Below are positions 17,070 through 25,967 of a stretch of 64,000 nt of DNA, one piece after another. The translations under genes were made by a program, and so were the position numbers. The notes under the pieces were generated by a model, which saw only the letters and a program-made list of their open reading frames with translations, did not search any database and had not been told where the DNA came from. Origin of the DNA: a bacterium. Lineage in GTDB: Bacteria > ARS69. Position 1 is the first letter of the stretch; every line of letters begins with the position of its first letter. The stretch is taken from contig JAXLTI010000008.1 in assembly GCA_046330135.1 (NCBI GenBank), positions 10,302-74,301 of the forward strand. Direction: 5' to 3'.

Positions 17070-18500
17070 TCAGCCTTTGACGCAGATCAGGGGCTCGAGC
17101 CGGGCGACCTTGCGGGAGAGCCCCGCAGCGTCCGCCGTGTCGACCACGGCCGAGACGTCCTTGTAAGCGCCAGGGGCCTCCTCGGCCACACCGCGGAAGC
17201 TCGGGCTGCGAATGAGGATCCCCCGACTCGCGAGCTCCTGGACCACGGCCCGCCCCTCCCACTGTTTGAGGGCCGCGTGCCGGCTCATCGCCCGCCCGGC
17301 CCCGTGGCACGAGGATGAAAAGGCCCGGTCCGCGCTCGATTTCGTGCCCGCGAGGATGTACGACGCCGTCCCCATCGAGCCCCCGATCAGCACTGGCTGC
17401 CCGCCCGCCCGGAGCGCTTCGGGGACGTCCGCGTGGCCAGGGCCCAGCGCGCGCGTGGCCCCCTTGCGGTGCACGTAGAGGCCGCGCCTCCGTCCCGCCA
17501 CGAAGTACTCCTCCCGTTTGCAGGTGTTGTGGGAGACGTCGTAGAGGAGGCGGAGATCGCCGCGCGGAATGACGCGCTGGAAGGCCTGCCGCGCCAGGTG
17601 CGTGAGGATCTGCCGATTGGCGAGCGCGCAGTTGATGCCGGCGCGCATCGCGCCGAGGTACGCCTCCCCCACGTCGGAGGACAGCGGAGCGCACGCCAGC
17701 TCCCGTTCCGGCAACGGGATGCCGTGCGACTTCGCCGAGACCGTCATCTCCTTCAGGTAATCGGTGCCGATCTGGTGACCGAGACCACGCGATCCGCAGT
17801 GGATGCTCAGCACGACGTCGCCGAGGCGGAGCCCGTAGATCTCCGCCACGGTCTCGTCGTGGATCGCCGTGACCTCCTGCAGCTCGAGGTAGTGATTGCC
17901 CGAGCCGAGGCTGCCCATCTGGTCGCGCTGGCGCTCCTTGGCGCGGTGCGACACCTTCGCGGGTGCCGCGCCGTCCACGCGACCGCCGTCCTCGATCCTT
18001 CCGAGATCGGCGGGCACGCCCCACCCGCGCGCCACGGCCCACTGCGCGCCCCCCTCGAGCATCGCTTCGAGTTCCACGTCCTTCAGCCGGATCGCGCCGC
18101 CCCGTCCCATGCCGGCGGGGATGGCGCCGAAGAGCTCGTCGGCGAGCCGCTCCCGCACGGGCAGGACATCGTCTTTGACGAGCCCCGTGTGCAGCGTGCG
18201 GACGCCGCACGAGATGTCGAAGCCCACGCCGCCCGCCGACACGACCCCGCCCTCCTCGGGATCGAACGCGGCCACGCCGCCGATGGGAAACCCGTATCCC
18301 CAGTGGGCGTCCGGCATGGCGTAGGAGGCCCCCACGATCCCCGGCAGCGCGGCGACGTTGCACGCCTGCTCGAGGACCTTCTCGTCCATGTCGCGCAGGA
18401 GATCCTCGCTGGCGAAGAGGATCGCCGGCACGCGCATGGCCCCCTGCGGATCGATCCGCCACGTATTCTCGTCGTCCCGGTGGAACCGTTTCGGGTCCAT
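17070..18500 (-). CDS. rtcB: RNA-splicing ligase RtcB (3'-phosphate/5'-OH RNA ligase)
   Basis: Start at MDPKRFHRDDENTWRIDPQGAMRVPA (ATG 18500). Hallmarks DAHWGYGFPIGG, GSGNHYLELQ, HNTCK and SCHGAGR. The ORF-track N-terminal extension to 18917 is Arg-rich artefact. Confidence 0.9.
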   Translation of the reverse strand: MDPKRFHRDDENTWRIDPQGAMRVPAILFASEDLLRDMDEKVLEQACNVAALPGIVGASYAMPDAHWGYGFPIGGVAAFDPEEGGVVSAGGVGFDISCGVRTLHTGLVKDDVLPVRERLADELFGAIPAGMGRGGAIRLKDVELEAMLEGGAQWAVARGWGVPADLGRIEDGGRVDGAAPAKVSHRAKERQRDQMGSLGSGNHYLELQEVTAIHDETVAEIYGLRLGDVVLSIHCGSRGLGHQIGTDYLKEMTVSAKSHGIPLPERELACAPLSSDVGEAYLGAMRAGINCALANRQILTHLARQAFQRVIPRGDLRLLYDVSHNTCKREEYFVAGRRRGLYVHRKGATRALGPGHADVPEALRAGGQPVLIGGSMGTASYILAGTKSSADRAFSSSCHGAGRAMSRHAALKQWEGRAVVQELASRGILIRSPSFRGVAEEAPGAYKDVSAVVDTADAAGLSRKVARLEPLICVKG

Positions 18501-18508
18501 GAGAGGCC

Positions 18509-18949
18509 TCACACGTCCACGACAGTCTGCACCATCCACGCGCCGTCCTCTCCGTGCGCTACGGTCAGGAGCGTGTGCGTGGCGCCCTTGATCTCGACGG
18601 CAGGCTCGTGCCGCCGGTCGTCGAGGGGTTCCCCCTGCGCCGTTCCCTCGAGGCGCGTTCCGTGGATCCTCACGCGGAAGGCGCAGAAGACGCTCCGCCG
18701 CGCGGACATCTCCCAGATCACCGCGTCCAGCCAGGCCACGAGCAGAAGCTCCGGGTCCGGAGCATCGCACGAAAGCTCGGTCTCGACGCGAGGGCGTACG
18801 AGCGCGGGATCCACGACGACGGCGCAAAGCGCGCAGGCCGCCTGAGCAAACGCCTCTTCCAAGGTGCGGCCGCGCCCGCGCACTCCGACGTCGGCGCCGT
18901 GCTCGAAGTGTTCCCATCGGGGAAGCGCGTCGTTACGCAAGTGGGTCAC
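18509..18949 (-). CDS. archease (RtcB activator/chaperone)
   Basis: WEHFEHGADVGVRGRGRTLEEAFAQAA...LLVAWLDAVI...WMVQTVVDV matches the archease family. GTG at 18949 is chosen so the protein begins ~10 aa before WEHFEH. Alternatives are TTG at 18940 and the ORF-track ATG at 19045. It lies 8 bp upstream of rtcB on the same strand. Confidence 0.75.
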   Translation of the reverse strand: MTHLRNDALPRWEHFEHGADVGVRGRGRTLEEAFAQAACALCAVVVDPALVRPRVETELSCDAPDPELLLVAWLDAVIWEMSARRSVFCAFRVRIHGTRLEGTAQGEPLDDRRHEPAVEIKGATHTLLTVAHGEDGAWMVQTVVDV

Positions 18950-19107
18950 CCCCCTCGAATTTGTACGACCCGGCGCTCCGAGTCCAGGCCGCTCGACGGT
19001 TGGCGCGGGCGCCCCGGATGGTCTAGGCTTCGCGGTCTCCCGCACGCGCAGCCAAGCCGCGGAAGCTTCGAACGCCGTTCCGGAAAGGACGGAGGGAAAC
19101 AGACGCC

Positions 19108-19362
19108 GTGATGGACCCCATGACGCGGGCCGTGCTCGATTACGTCGCCAACGAGTACCTGGACGACGAGGACGACGTGGAGCTCGGGCCCGAGACGCCG
19201 CTCATTTCTTCGGGGATCGTCGACAGCTTCTCGATGGTCTCGCTCAAGACGTTCCTCGAGAGAAGATACGGTGTGCAGCTGCCGGACGACGAAGCCACTC
19301 CGGAAGCGTTCGACACGGTCAGCTCGGTCGTTGCATTGGTGAGGAAACACGGCGGAAGGTAG
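19108..19362 (+). CDS. acyl carrier protein, paralog 2
   Basis: ~65% identical to the ACP at 534 (…VLDYVANEYLDDEDDVELGPETPLISSGIVDSFSMVSL…EATPEAFDTV…). GGAGGG SD upstream. The start may instead be ATG at 19111. Confidence 0.7.
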   Translation: MMDPMTRAVLDYVANEYLDDEDDVELGPETPLISSGIVDSFSMVSLKTFLERRYGVQLPDDEATPEAFDTVSSVVALVRKHGGR

Positions 19363-19390
19363 GCGCACGGCCCGGTCGGAGAGGACGCGC

Positions 19391-19975
19391 TTGCGCGAGG
19401 AGACGGACCCTCCGGCGTTCGATCCCCCGACGCCGCTCCGGGTGCGGCGGCTTCGGCCGGCGGATTCCGTCGGCGCCCTCACCCTGCTCATTCATCGCGC
19501 GTACGCGCCGCTGCTCGAGAAGGGCCTGCATTTCGTCGCCGCCACGCAGGACGAAGCCACCACGCGCTCGCGGATCGCGGAAGGCGAGTGCTTCGTGGCG
19601 GAGGTGGACGGGAGGATCGTGGGCACGATCCTGCTCCGCCCGCCCACGGCGAGCACGCGCTGCGCCTACTACGCGCGGGCCGGCGTCGCTTCCATCCACC
19701 AGCTCGCCGTCGAGCCGGCGCTGCAGCGTCGCGGCATCGCGCGGCGCTTGGTGGAGGCTGCGGAAGAGCGAGCGAGAGAGATCGGCGCGGAGGAGGTGGC
19801 GCTCGACACCGCGGAGAGCGCGAGCCATCTCCTGGCTCGGTACGAGCGCTGGGGCTACCGGGTCGTGGATGCCGTGGACTGGCGGCCGGAGGTGAACTAC
19901 CGGAGCGTGGTGATGGCGAAGACGCTAAGCCCCGGAATGCGCCGGTCGACGGACCCGGAGCGCGCGGGGGCTTGA
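19391..19975 (+). CDS. GNAT-family N-acyltransferase
   Basis: GNAT core: ...RIVGTILLRP...IHQLAVEPALQRRGIARRLVEAAEERAREIGAEEVALDT...YERWGY. TTG start as in the ORF track. It lies 29 bp downstream of ACP paralog 2. Confidence 0.6.
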   Translation: MREETDPPAFDPPTPLRVRRLRPADSVGALTLLIHRAYAPLLEKGLHFVAATQDEATTRSRIAEGECFVAEVDGRIVGTILLRPPTASTRCAYYARAGVASIHQLAVEPALQRRGIARRLVEAAEERAREIGAEEVALDTAESASHLLARYERWGYRVVDAVDWRPEVNYRSVVMAKTLSPGMRRSTDPERAGA

Positions 19976-20005
19976 CGGCGTCCACGTACCATCCTACCCT
20001 AGGCG

Positions 20006-20023
20006 TTAGTTAGTACTAACTAA
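20006..20023. promoter_or_regulatory. perfect 18-bp AT-rich palindrome TTAGTTAGTACTAACTAA, probable TetR operator
   Basis: Self-complementary over 18/18 positions. It is strikingly AT-rich in a 70% GC context. It lies 24 bp upstream of the TetR start heading the efflux operon. Confidence 0.55.
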
Positions 20024-20046
20024 TAAGGCGGATCGCCGGAGAGAGC

Positions 20047-20664
20047 GTGCAACCCCTCAAAAATCAACATCTTCCAGAATCCTCCGTGCGCGAGGAGGAG
20101 ATCCTCGGCCACGCTTTCGATCTCGTCCGGGAGTCCGGTCTCTCGGGGCTCACGATGAAGAAGGTCGCGGAGCGCGTAGGCTTCACGGAGACCGCGGCTT
20201 ACCGCTACTTCCCCACCAAGGTCGCCCTGATCCAGGCCCTCGCGAGGCGGCTCTTCGGGCCGTTCATCAGCACGGCGCGCTCGATCGCCGCCGACACCGC
20301 TCTCTCGCCTTCCGAGCGCCTCGAGCGCGTCGTCCGCCAGCACGTGGATCTGATCATCCGGACCGACGGGCTACCGGTTCTGATCCTGGCGGAGGCCTGC
20401 GCGGGCGGGAGCGAAGACCTGCTCGGAATGATGCGCACGGGACTCGGCAACTACCTCGGTCTGCTGGAGTCTCTGCTCGCCGACGCGACGCCGCCCGGCC
20501 ACTCCGTACGTCCCGAGGACAAGGCGCTCGTCCTCTTCGGCATCTCCGCCGTCATCGCGGTCCGGCGACGTCTCGGCCTCGAGCCGGAAGCGTCGGACCG
20601 CATCCGCTCCGATCTCCTTCCCTTCGTGGTCCGAAGCCTCACCGCAAAGGAGGGCGCATGCTGA
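20047..20664 (+). CDS. TetR-family transcriptional regulator
   Basis: N-terminal HTH ...LSGLTMKKVAERVGFTETAAYRYFPTKVALIQAL. GTG start with GGAGAGAG upstream. The 3' end overlaps the TolC-like start (ATGCTGA). Confidence 0.8.
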   Translation: MQPLKNQHLPESSVREEEILGHAFDLVRESGLSGLTMKKVAERVGFTETAAYRYFPTKVALIQALARRLFGPFISTARSIAADTALSPSERLERVVRQHVDLIIRTDGLPVLILAEACAGGSEDLLGMMRTGLGNYLGLLESLLADATPPGHSVRPEDKALVLFGISAVIAVRRRLGLEPEASDRIRSDLLPFVVRSLTAKEGAC

Positions 20665-22004
20665 AGAACCTGTTCCCGGCGACCCTCGCTGGCCTCGGCG
20701 TCCTGCTGGTCGCGTCCGCGCAGGCCGAGGAGCCCGCTCGCCTGACGATCGCCGACGCCGCGAAGCGGGCGCTCGCGCAATACCCGTCCATCGCGGCGGC
20801 GCGCTCGCGCGAGGACGTCGCGCGGCGGGAGCTGGGCGAAGCGAACGCCCAGTGGTTCCCCCAGCTCAGCGCGGCCGCGTCCGCCACGCGCTACGAAGAT
20901 CCGATGGTCGTGACCCCGATCCACGGCTTCGGCCCGGGCATCCTCCCGGAGTTCGACGACACGCTCCTCCAGGGCGCCCTCACCGCGGATTGGCTCCTCT
21001 TCGACGGCGGCGGCCGCGGCGCCCGCATCGGGCAGCGCCGCTCCCTCCTGGAAGCGGCGAGCGCGGACGAGACCGCGTCCGAGCAGATGCTCCTCGGGCG
21101 GACCGTGGCGGGCTATCTGCGCGTCGTGGGGTACGCCAGCACGCTCGCCGCGCACGACCGGCGCCTCGAGGCGCTCGAGTCCGAGCAGCATCGCGTGCAG
21201 CAACTGAAGGAGGTCGGGCGCGCGGCGGACGTGGACCTCCGGCGCGTGGACGCGGAGCTCGCCGCCGCGCACGCGGAACGAGTGCGCCTCGCCTCCGCGC
21301 TCGACGTGGCCGAGCGCGACCTCGCGCGCTGGGTGGGCGTGGACGTCGCGGAGACGCGCGCGTCGCGGCTCGGGAGCGTGGCGCTCGCGGACACGTCGCT
21401 GCCGGCGCGCGACGCGCTGCTGGAGGCGGCCCTCGCGGCCAGCCCCGCGGTGCGTGCCGCCGCGCGCCGCGCCGACGCCGCCGGCCGGGCCGTCACCGCC
21501 GCGCGCTCCGCGCGCTGGCCGAACCTGCACGTCGTCGGGAACTACCTGAGCTACGGGAACTCCGACGCGGACTTCAAGAACGAATGGAATGCCGGGCTCA
21601 AGCTCCAGCTGCCCCTCTTCACGGGCGGCGCCCTCTCGAGCCGCATCGCGCAGTCGCAGGCCTCGCGGGAGGCCGCCGACGCGGATCTGCGGCTCGCTCG
21701 CCTGCGCCTCACCGAGGACCTGGATCGCGCACTGGCCTCGCGGGACGAGGCGCGCTCGCGCGTGCAGAGCCTCCGCACGGCGGCGGCCGAGTTCGCCGAG
21801 GTCGCGCGCATCGAGCAGCTCCGGCTGGAGTCCGAGGCGGGCACGCAGACCGACTTCCTCGAGGCCGAAGCGCAGCTGCTCGGCGCGGAGGCGCAGCTGG
21901 TCGAGGCGCGGCACGCGGAGATCGTCGCGCGCGTGGAGATCGCGCGCATCACCGGAACGCTCGATCTCGCCTGGATCGAGAAGACGCTGGAGGCCGAGTC
22001 ATGA
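20658..22004 (+). CDS. TolC-family outer-membrane efflux protein (OMF)
   Basis: Signal peptide MLKNLFPATLAGLGVLLVASAQA and two TolC-like coiled-coil repeats. Its stop overlaps the next start (ATGA). Confidence 0.8.
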   Translation: MLKNLFPATLAGLGVLLVASAQAEEPARLTIADAAKRALAQYPSIAAARSREDVARRELGEANAQWFPQLSAAASATRYEDPMVVTPIHGFGPGILPEFDDTLLQGALTADWLLFDGGGRGARIGQRRSLLEAASADETASEQMLLGRTVAGYLRVVGYASTLAAHDRRLEALESEQHRVQQLKEVGRAADVDLRRVDAELAAAHAERVRLASALDVAERDLARWVGVDVAETRASRLGSVALADTSLPARDALLEAALAASPAVRAAARRADAAGRAVTAARSARWPNLHVVGNYLSYGNSDADFKNEWNAGLKLQLPLFTGGALSSRIAQSQASREAADADLRLARLRLTEDLDRALASRDEARSRVQSLRTAAAEFAEVARIEQLRLESEAGTQTDFLEAEAQLLGAEAQLVEARHAEIVARVEIARITGTLDLAWIEKTLEAES

Positions 22005-22999
22005 GAAGGATCGCCATCGCCGTGGCCGCGCTCGCGCTCGCGGGCTGCGGCCGCCACGATTCGAAGGCGCTCGTCGCGTCGGGCACCGTGGAGGCCACGG
22101 ACGCCCAGCTCGGCTTCCAAGCGCCGGGCCGCATCGCGGAGGTGCGCGCGCACGAAGGCGACGAGGTGGCGGCCGGTGCGCTCCTCGCCGTCCTCGACAC
22201 CACCGAAGTGGCCGCGCGTTGCGCGCAGAGCGACGCGCAGCTCGCCGCAGCGCGGGCGCGCCTGCTGGAGCTTTCGCGCGGCTACCGGGGCGAAGAGGTG
22301 GGGCAGGCCCGCGCCGAGGCCGACGCGGCGCAGCAGCGCTTCGACGAAGCGGACAAGGAGCTGCAGCGCTCCCAGCGCCTCTTCGACGGCGGCGCCATCA
22401 GCCGCGAGTCGCACGACAAGGCGGCCCTCGCGCGGGACGTGGCGAAGAGCCAGCTGGAGAAGGCCCAGCAGGCCCTGCGCCTCGTGGAGCGCGGCTATCG
22501 CAGCGAGCAGGTCGACGCCGCGCAGGCCCAGGTGGCGCAGGCGGAGGCGGGTCTCGCCGCTGCGGACGCCGTACTGCACAACATGAGGATCGAGGCGCCG
22601 TTCGCCGGGGTGGTCACCGTCCGTCATCGCGAGCCGGGCGAAGTGGTGACGGCCGGAGCGCCCATTCTGACGGTGATGAACCCGGCGGATCGCTGGGTGC
22701 GCATCTACGTCAACGAGGATCGAGTGGGCGCGGTGAAGATCGGGGCGAAGGCCGCGATCCGCTGCGACACCTTCCCCGGCAAGAGCTACGACGGCGAGGT
22801 CACGTTCATCGCGTCCGAGGCGGAGTTCACGCCGAAGACCGTGCAGACCACCGAGGAGCGCGTGAAGCTCGTGTACGCGGTGAAGGTGACGGTGAAGGGC
22901 GACGCCGCGCGAGAGCTGAAGCCCGGCATGCCCGCCGACGTCACGATGGATCTGGCGCCCGCGGCCGCTGCCGCGACGCCGGCCAAGGGCGCCTCGTGA
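22001..22999 (+). CDS. HlyD-family membrane-fusion (periplasmic adaptor) lipoprotein
   Basis: Lipobox MRRIAIAVAALALAGC. Biotin-lipoyl-like and coiled-coil segments, with beta-barrel C-terminal ...FTPKTVQTTEERVKLVYAVKV. Start/stop overlap with neighbours on both sides. Confidence 0.8.
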   Translation: MRRIAIAVAALALAGCGRHDSKALVASGTVEATDAQLGFQAPGRIAEVRAHEGDEVAAGALLAVLDTTEVAARCAQSDAQLAAARARLLELSRGYRGEEVGQARAEADAAQQRFDEADKELQRSQRLFDGGAISRESHDKAALARDVAKSQLEKAQQALRLVERGYRSEQVDAAQAQVAQAEAGLAAADAVLHNMRIEAPFAGVVTVRHREPGEVVTAGAPILTVMNPADRWVRIYVNEDRVGAVKIGAKAAIRCDTFPGKSYDGEVTFIASEAEFTPKTVQTTEERVKLVYAVKVTVKGDAARELKPGMPADVTMDLAPAAAAATPAKGAS

Positions 23000-23913
23000 T
23001 TCGTCTCGACGCCCTCACCCGCCACTTCGACGATCTCGTGGCGGTGGACGCGCTCTCCTTCGAGGTGAAGAAGGGCGAGCTGTTCGGGCTCGTGGGCCCG
23101 GACGGCGCCGGCAAGACGACCACGCTGCGCATGCTCGCGGGGGTCCTCGCGCCCACGTCCGGCGACGCGGTCCTGGACGGCACCAGCGTGGCGAAGGACC
23201 CCGAGGCCGTGAAGCACCACCTCGCGTACATGTCGCAGCGGTTCGGGCTCTACACGGACCTCACGGTCCTCGAGAACCTGCACTTCTACGCGGATCTCTA
23301 TCGCGTGCCGCCGAAGGAGCGGGACAGCCGCCTGAAGCGGCTCTTCGAGTTCTCGAACCTCGGCCCCTTCCAGGATCGCCTGGCCGGCAACCTCTCCGGC
23401 GGGATGAAGCAGAAGCTCGGGCTCTCGTGCGCGCTGATCCACCGCCCGGACATCCTCCTCCTCGACGAGCCCACGTTCGGCGTGGATCCCGTGTCGCGGC
23501 GCGAGCTGTGGATCATCGTGCACGAGATGGTGGCGGAGGGCGTCACCGCGCTCGTGAGCACGGCGTACATGGACGAGGCGGAGCGTTTCGACCGGCTCGC
23601 GCTGATCCATCGCGGGAAGCTCCTCGCGCTCGACACTCCGGATACGCTCCGCGGGAGCGTCGACGGCGAGATGCGCGAGATCCGCGTGGCGAAGCCGCGC
23701 GCCGCGAAGGACGTGGCCGCGCGGGTCGCCGGCGTACGGCACGCCACCGTCTTCGGCGATCGCATCCACGTGACGCTGTCCGGCGCCGACGTCGCGCCGC
23801 AGCTCGAGGCGGCGCTGACGCAGGCCGGCGTGGCGCCGCTGGCATCGCGCGTGATCGAGCCGTCCCTCGAGGACGCCTTCGTCAATCGCATCACGGAAGC
23901 GGAGACGGCCTGA
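22996..23913 (+). CDS. ABC transporter ATP-binding protein (first of two)
   Basis: Walker A GPDGAGKTT, signature LSGGMKQKL, Walker B LLLDEPTFGVD. GTG start overlaps the MFP stop (GTGA). Confidence 0.85.
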   Translation: MIRLDALTRHFDDLVAVDALSFEVKKGELFGLVGPDGAGKTTTLRMLAGVLAPTSGDAVLDGTSVAKDPEAVKHHLAYMSQRFGLYTDLTVLENLHFYADLYRVPPKERDSRLKRLFEFSNLGPFQDRLAGNLSGGMKQKLGLSCALIHRPDILLLDEPTFGVDPVSRRELWIIVHEMVAEGVTALVSTAYMDEAERFDRLALIHRGKLLALDTPDTLRGSVDGEMREIRVAKPRAAKDVAARVAGVRHATVFGDRIHVTLSGADVAPQLEAALTQAGVAPLASRVIEPSLEDAFVNRITEAETA

Positions 23914-24842
23914 TGGTCTCCGCGCGCGAGCTCACCCGCACCTTCGGGTCCTTCACGGCCGTGGATCACGTCTCCTTCGACGTGAGCCCGGGCGAGGTCT
24001 TCGGCTTCCTCGGTCCGAACGGCGCGGGCAAGACCACGGCCATCAAGATGCTCGCGGGGCTCCTGCGCCCCACGTCCGGCAGCGGCACCGTGGCCGGCCA
24101 CGACGTGGCCACGGAGTCCGAGGCGATCAAGCGCGACATCGGCTACATGTCGCAGCTCTTCTCGCTCTACGGCGATCTCACCGTGGAAGAGAACATCGCG
24201 TTCTTCTCGGGGCTCTACGGCGTGCCGCAGGTGCGTCGCGCCGCGCGGCGGGACTGGGTCCTGGAGATGGCGCAGCTCGGCGGCCACCGCGGGCGCCTCG
24301 TGCGCGAGCTGTCGCTCGGATGGAAGCAGCGCCTCGCGCTGGGCTGCGCGGCGTTGCACGAGCCGCCGGTGCTGTTCCTGGACGAGCCCACGTCCGGCGT
24401 GGACCCCGTGGCGCGGCGGAGCTTCTGGGATCTCATCTACACGCTCGCGGACGGCGGGACCACCGTGTTCGTGACCACGCACTACATGGAGGAGGCCGAG
24501 TACTGCCATCGGCTGGCCCTCATGAACCGCGGGAAGCTGATCGCGCTGGACTCGCCGGCGGGCCTGAAGGCGTCCATGCACGAGCCGCTGCTGGAGATCG
24601 CCGTGGCGGAGGCTCCGCGCGCCGCGCGCATTCTCTCCGCGCTGCCGGAGGTGCTCGCATGCGGGATGTTCGGGCGGGCGCTGCACGTCACCGTGCACGA
24701 CCCGGAGCGCGGGCGCGCGGCGATCACGACGGCCCTCGAATCGGCGGGACTCCACGCCGGAGCGATCGAGCGCATCGATCCCTCCCTCGAAGACGTCTTC
24801 ATCCACCTCGTCCGCGCCACCGGTGGCGCGCTCGTGAGCTGA
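23913..24842 (+). CDS. ABC transporter ATP-binding protein (second of two)
   Basis: GPNGAGKTT, LSLGWKQRL, LFLDEPTSGVD. TGATG overlap with the upstream gene. Confidence 0.85.
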   Translation: MVSARELTRTFGSFTAVDHVSFDVSPGEVFGFLGPNGAGKTTAIKMLAGLLRPTSGSGTVAGHDVATESEAIKRDIGYMSQLFSLYGDLTVEENIAFFSGLYGVPQVRRAARRDWVLEMAQLGGHRGRLVRELSLGWKQRLALGCAALHEPPVLFLDEPTSGVDPVARRSFWDLIYTLADGGTTVFVTTHYMEEAEYCHRLALMNRGKLIALDSPAGLKASMHEPLLEIAVAEAPRAARILSALPEVLACGMFGRALHVTVHDPERGRAAITTALESAGLHAGAIERIDPSLEDVFIHLVRATGGALVS

Positions 24843-24851
24843 GGAGCCCTG

Positions 24852-25967
24852 ATGAGCTTCCGGCGACTCCTCGCGATCGCCCGCAAGGAAACGCTGCAGC
24901 TGCGGCGGGACCCGCGGAGCCTGGCGCTCGGGTTCGCCTTGCCGCTCCTGCTGCTGCTCCTCTTCGGCTACGCGATCAGCTGGGACATCAAGGACATCGC
25001 CACCGCCGTCCTCGATCAGGACCGCACCGCGCGAAGCCACGACCTGCTCGAGACCTTCCGCTCCTCCGGGTACTTCCGCCTCTCGAAGAACCTCGAGAGC
25101 CCCGCCGAGATCGCGGGGGTGCTCGAGCGCCGGCAGGCCCAGATCGTCCTCGTCATTCCGCCGGACTTCGCGGAGAACCTCGGCACGGGACGGCCGGCGG
25201 AGCTCCAGGCCATCGTGGACGGCAGCGACGCGAACACCGCCACCATCGTCCTGAACTACGCGCGCGCCGTGGTGCGCAGCTACTCGGCGGAGGTGGCGCT
25301 GCGCGGCCGCGTGCGGACGGAGCCCCCCTCCGCCGACGCGCGCGTGTGGTTCAACGAGGAGCTGCGCAGCCGCGACATGATCGTGCCGGGGCTGGTGGCG
25401 GTGGTCATGATGATCGTGGCGGCGATGCTCACGTCCCTGACCATCGCGCGCGAGTGGGAGCGCGGCACGATGGAGCAGCTCGCCGCCACGCCCGTCACGC
25501 GCCTCGAGGTCGTGATCGGGAAGCTCCTCCCGTACATCGTCATCGGCATGGTGGACGTGGCGTCGTGCTCCGCGATGGGCGTCCTCCTCTTCGACGTTCC
25601 GTTCCGCGGCAGCTTCCCGCTCCTCGCCGGACTGTCGTTCTTCTTCCTGGTGGGCTCGCTGGGGCTCGGCATCTTCGTCTCGGCGGTGGCGCGGTCCCAG
25701 CTCCTCGCGATGCAGATGGCGATGCTGACGACGTTCCTGCCGGCCTTCCTGCTCTCCGGGTTCATGTTCGCCACGGAGGTCATGCCGAGGCCGCTGCAGG
25801 CCTTCACGTTCCTCGTCCCGGCGCGCTACTTCCTCGTGGTGACGCGGGGGATCTTCCTCAAGGGCGTGGGCATCGAGGTGCTGTTCGTCCCGGCGCTCCT
25901 CATGATCGCGTACGGGGCGATCGGGCTCGGCATGGCCGCGCACGTCTTCCAGAAGCGACTGACATGA
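24852..25967 (+). CDS. ABC-2 family transporter permease (YbhS/YbhR-like), first
   Basis: N-terminal cytoplasmic ~35 aa, then a large periplasmic loop and 5 C-terminal TM helices. ATGA overlap with the next gene. Confidence 0.8.
   Translation: MSFRRLLAIARKETLQLRRDPRSLALGFALPLLLLLLFGYAISWDIKDIATAVLDQDRTARSHDLLETFRSSGYFRLSKNLESPAEIAGVLERRQAQIVLVIPPDFAENLGTGRPAELQAIVDGSDANTATIVLNYARAVVRSYSAEVALRGRVRTEPPSADARVWFNEELRSRDMIVPGLVAVVMMIVAAMLTSLTIAREWERGTMEQLAATPVTRLEVVIGKLLPYIVIGMVDVASCSAMGVLLFDVPFRGSFPLLAGLSFFFLVGSLGLGIFVSAVARSQLLAMQMAMLTTFLPAFLLSGFMFATEVMPRPLQAFTFLVPARYFLVVTRGIFLKGVGIEVLFVPALLMIAYGAIGLGMAAHVFQKRLT

Noticed and set aside
17017-18462. 481-aa minus ORF overlapping rtcB in another frame
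   Set aside because: Arg/Gly-rich. rtcB has unambiguous family motifs in the other frame.
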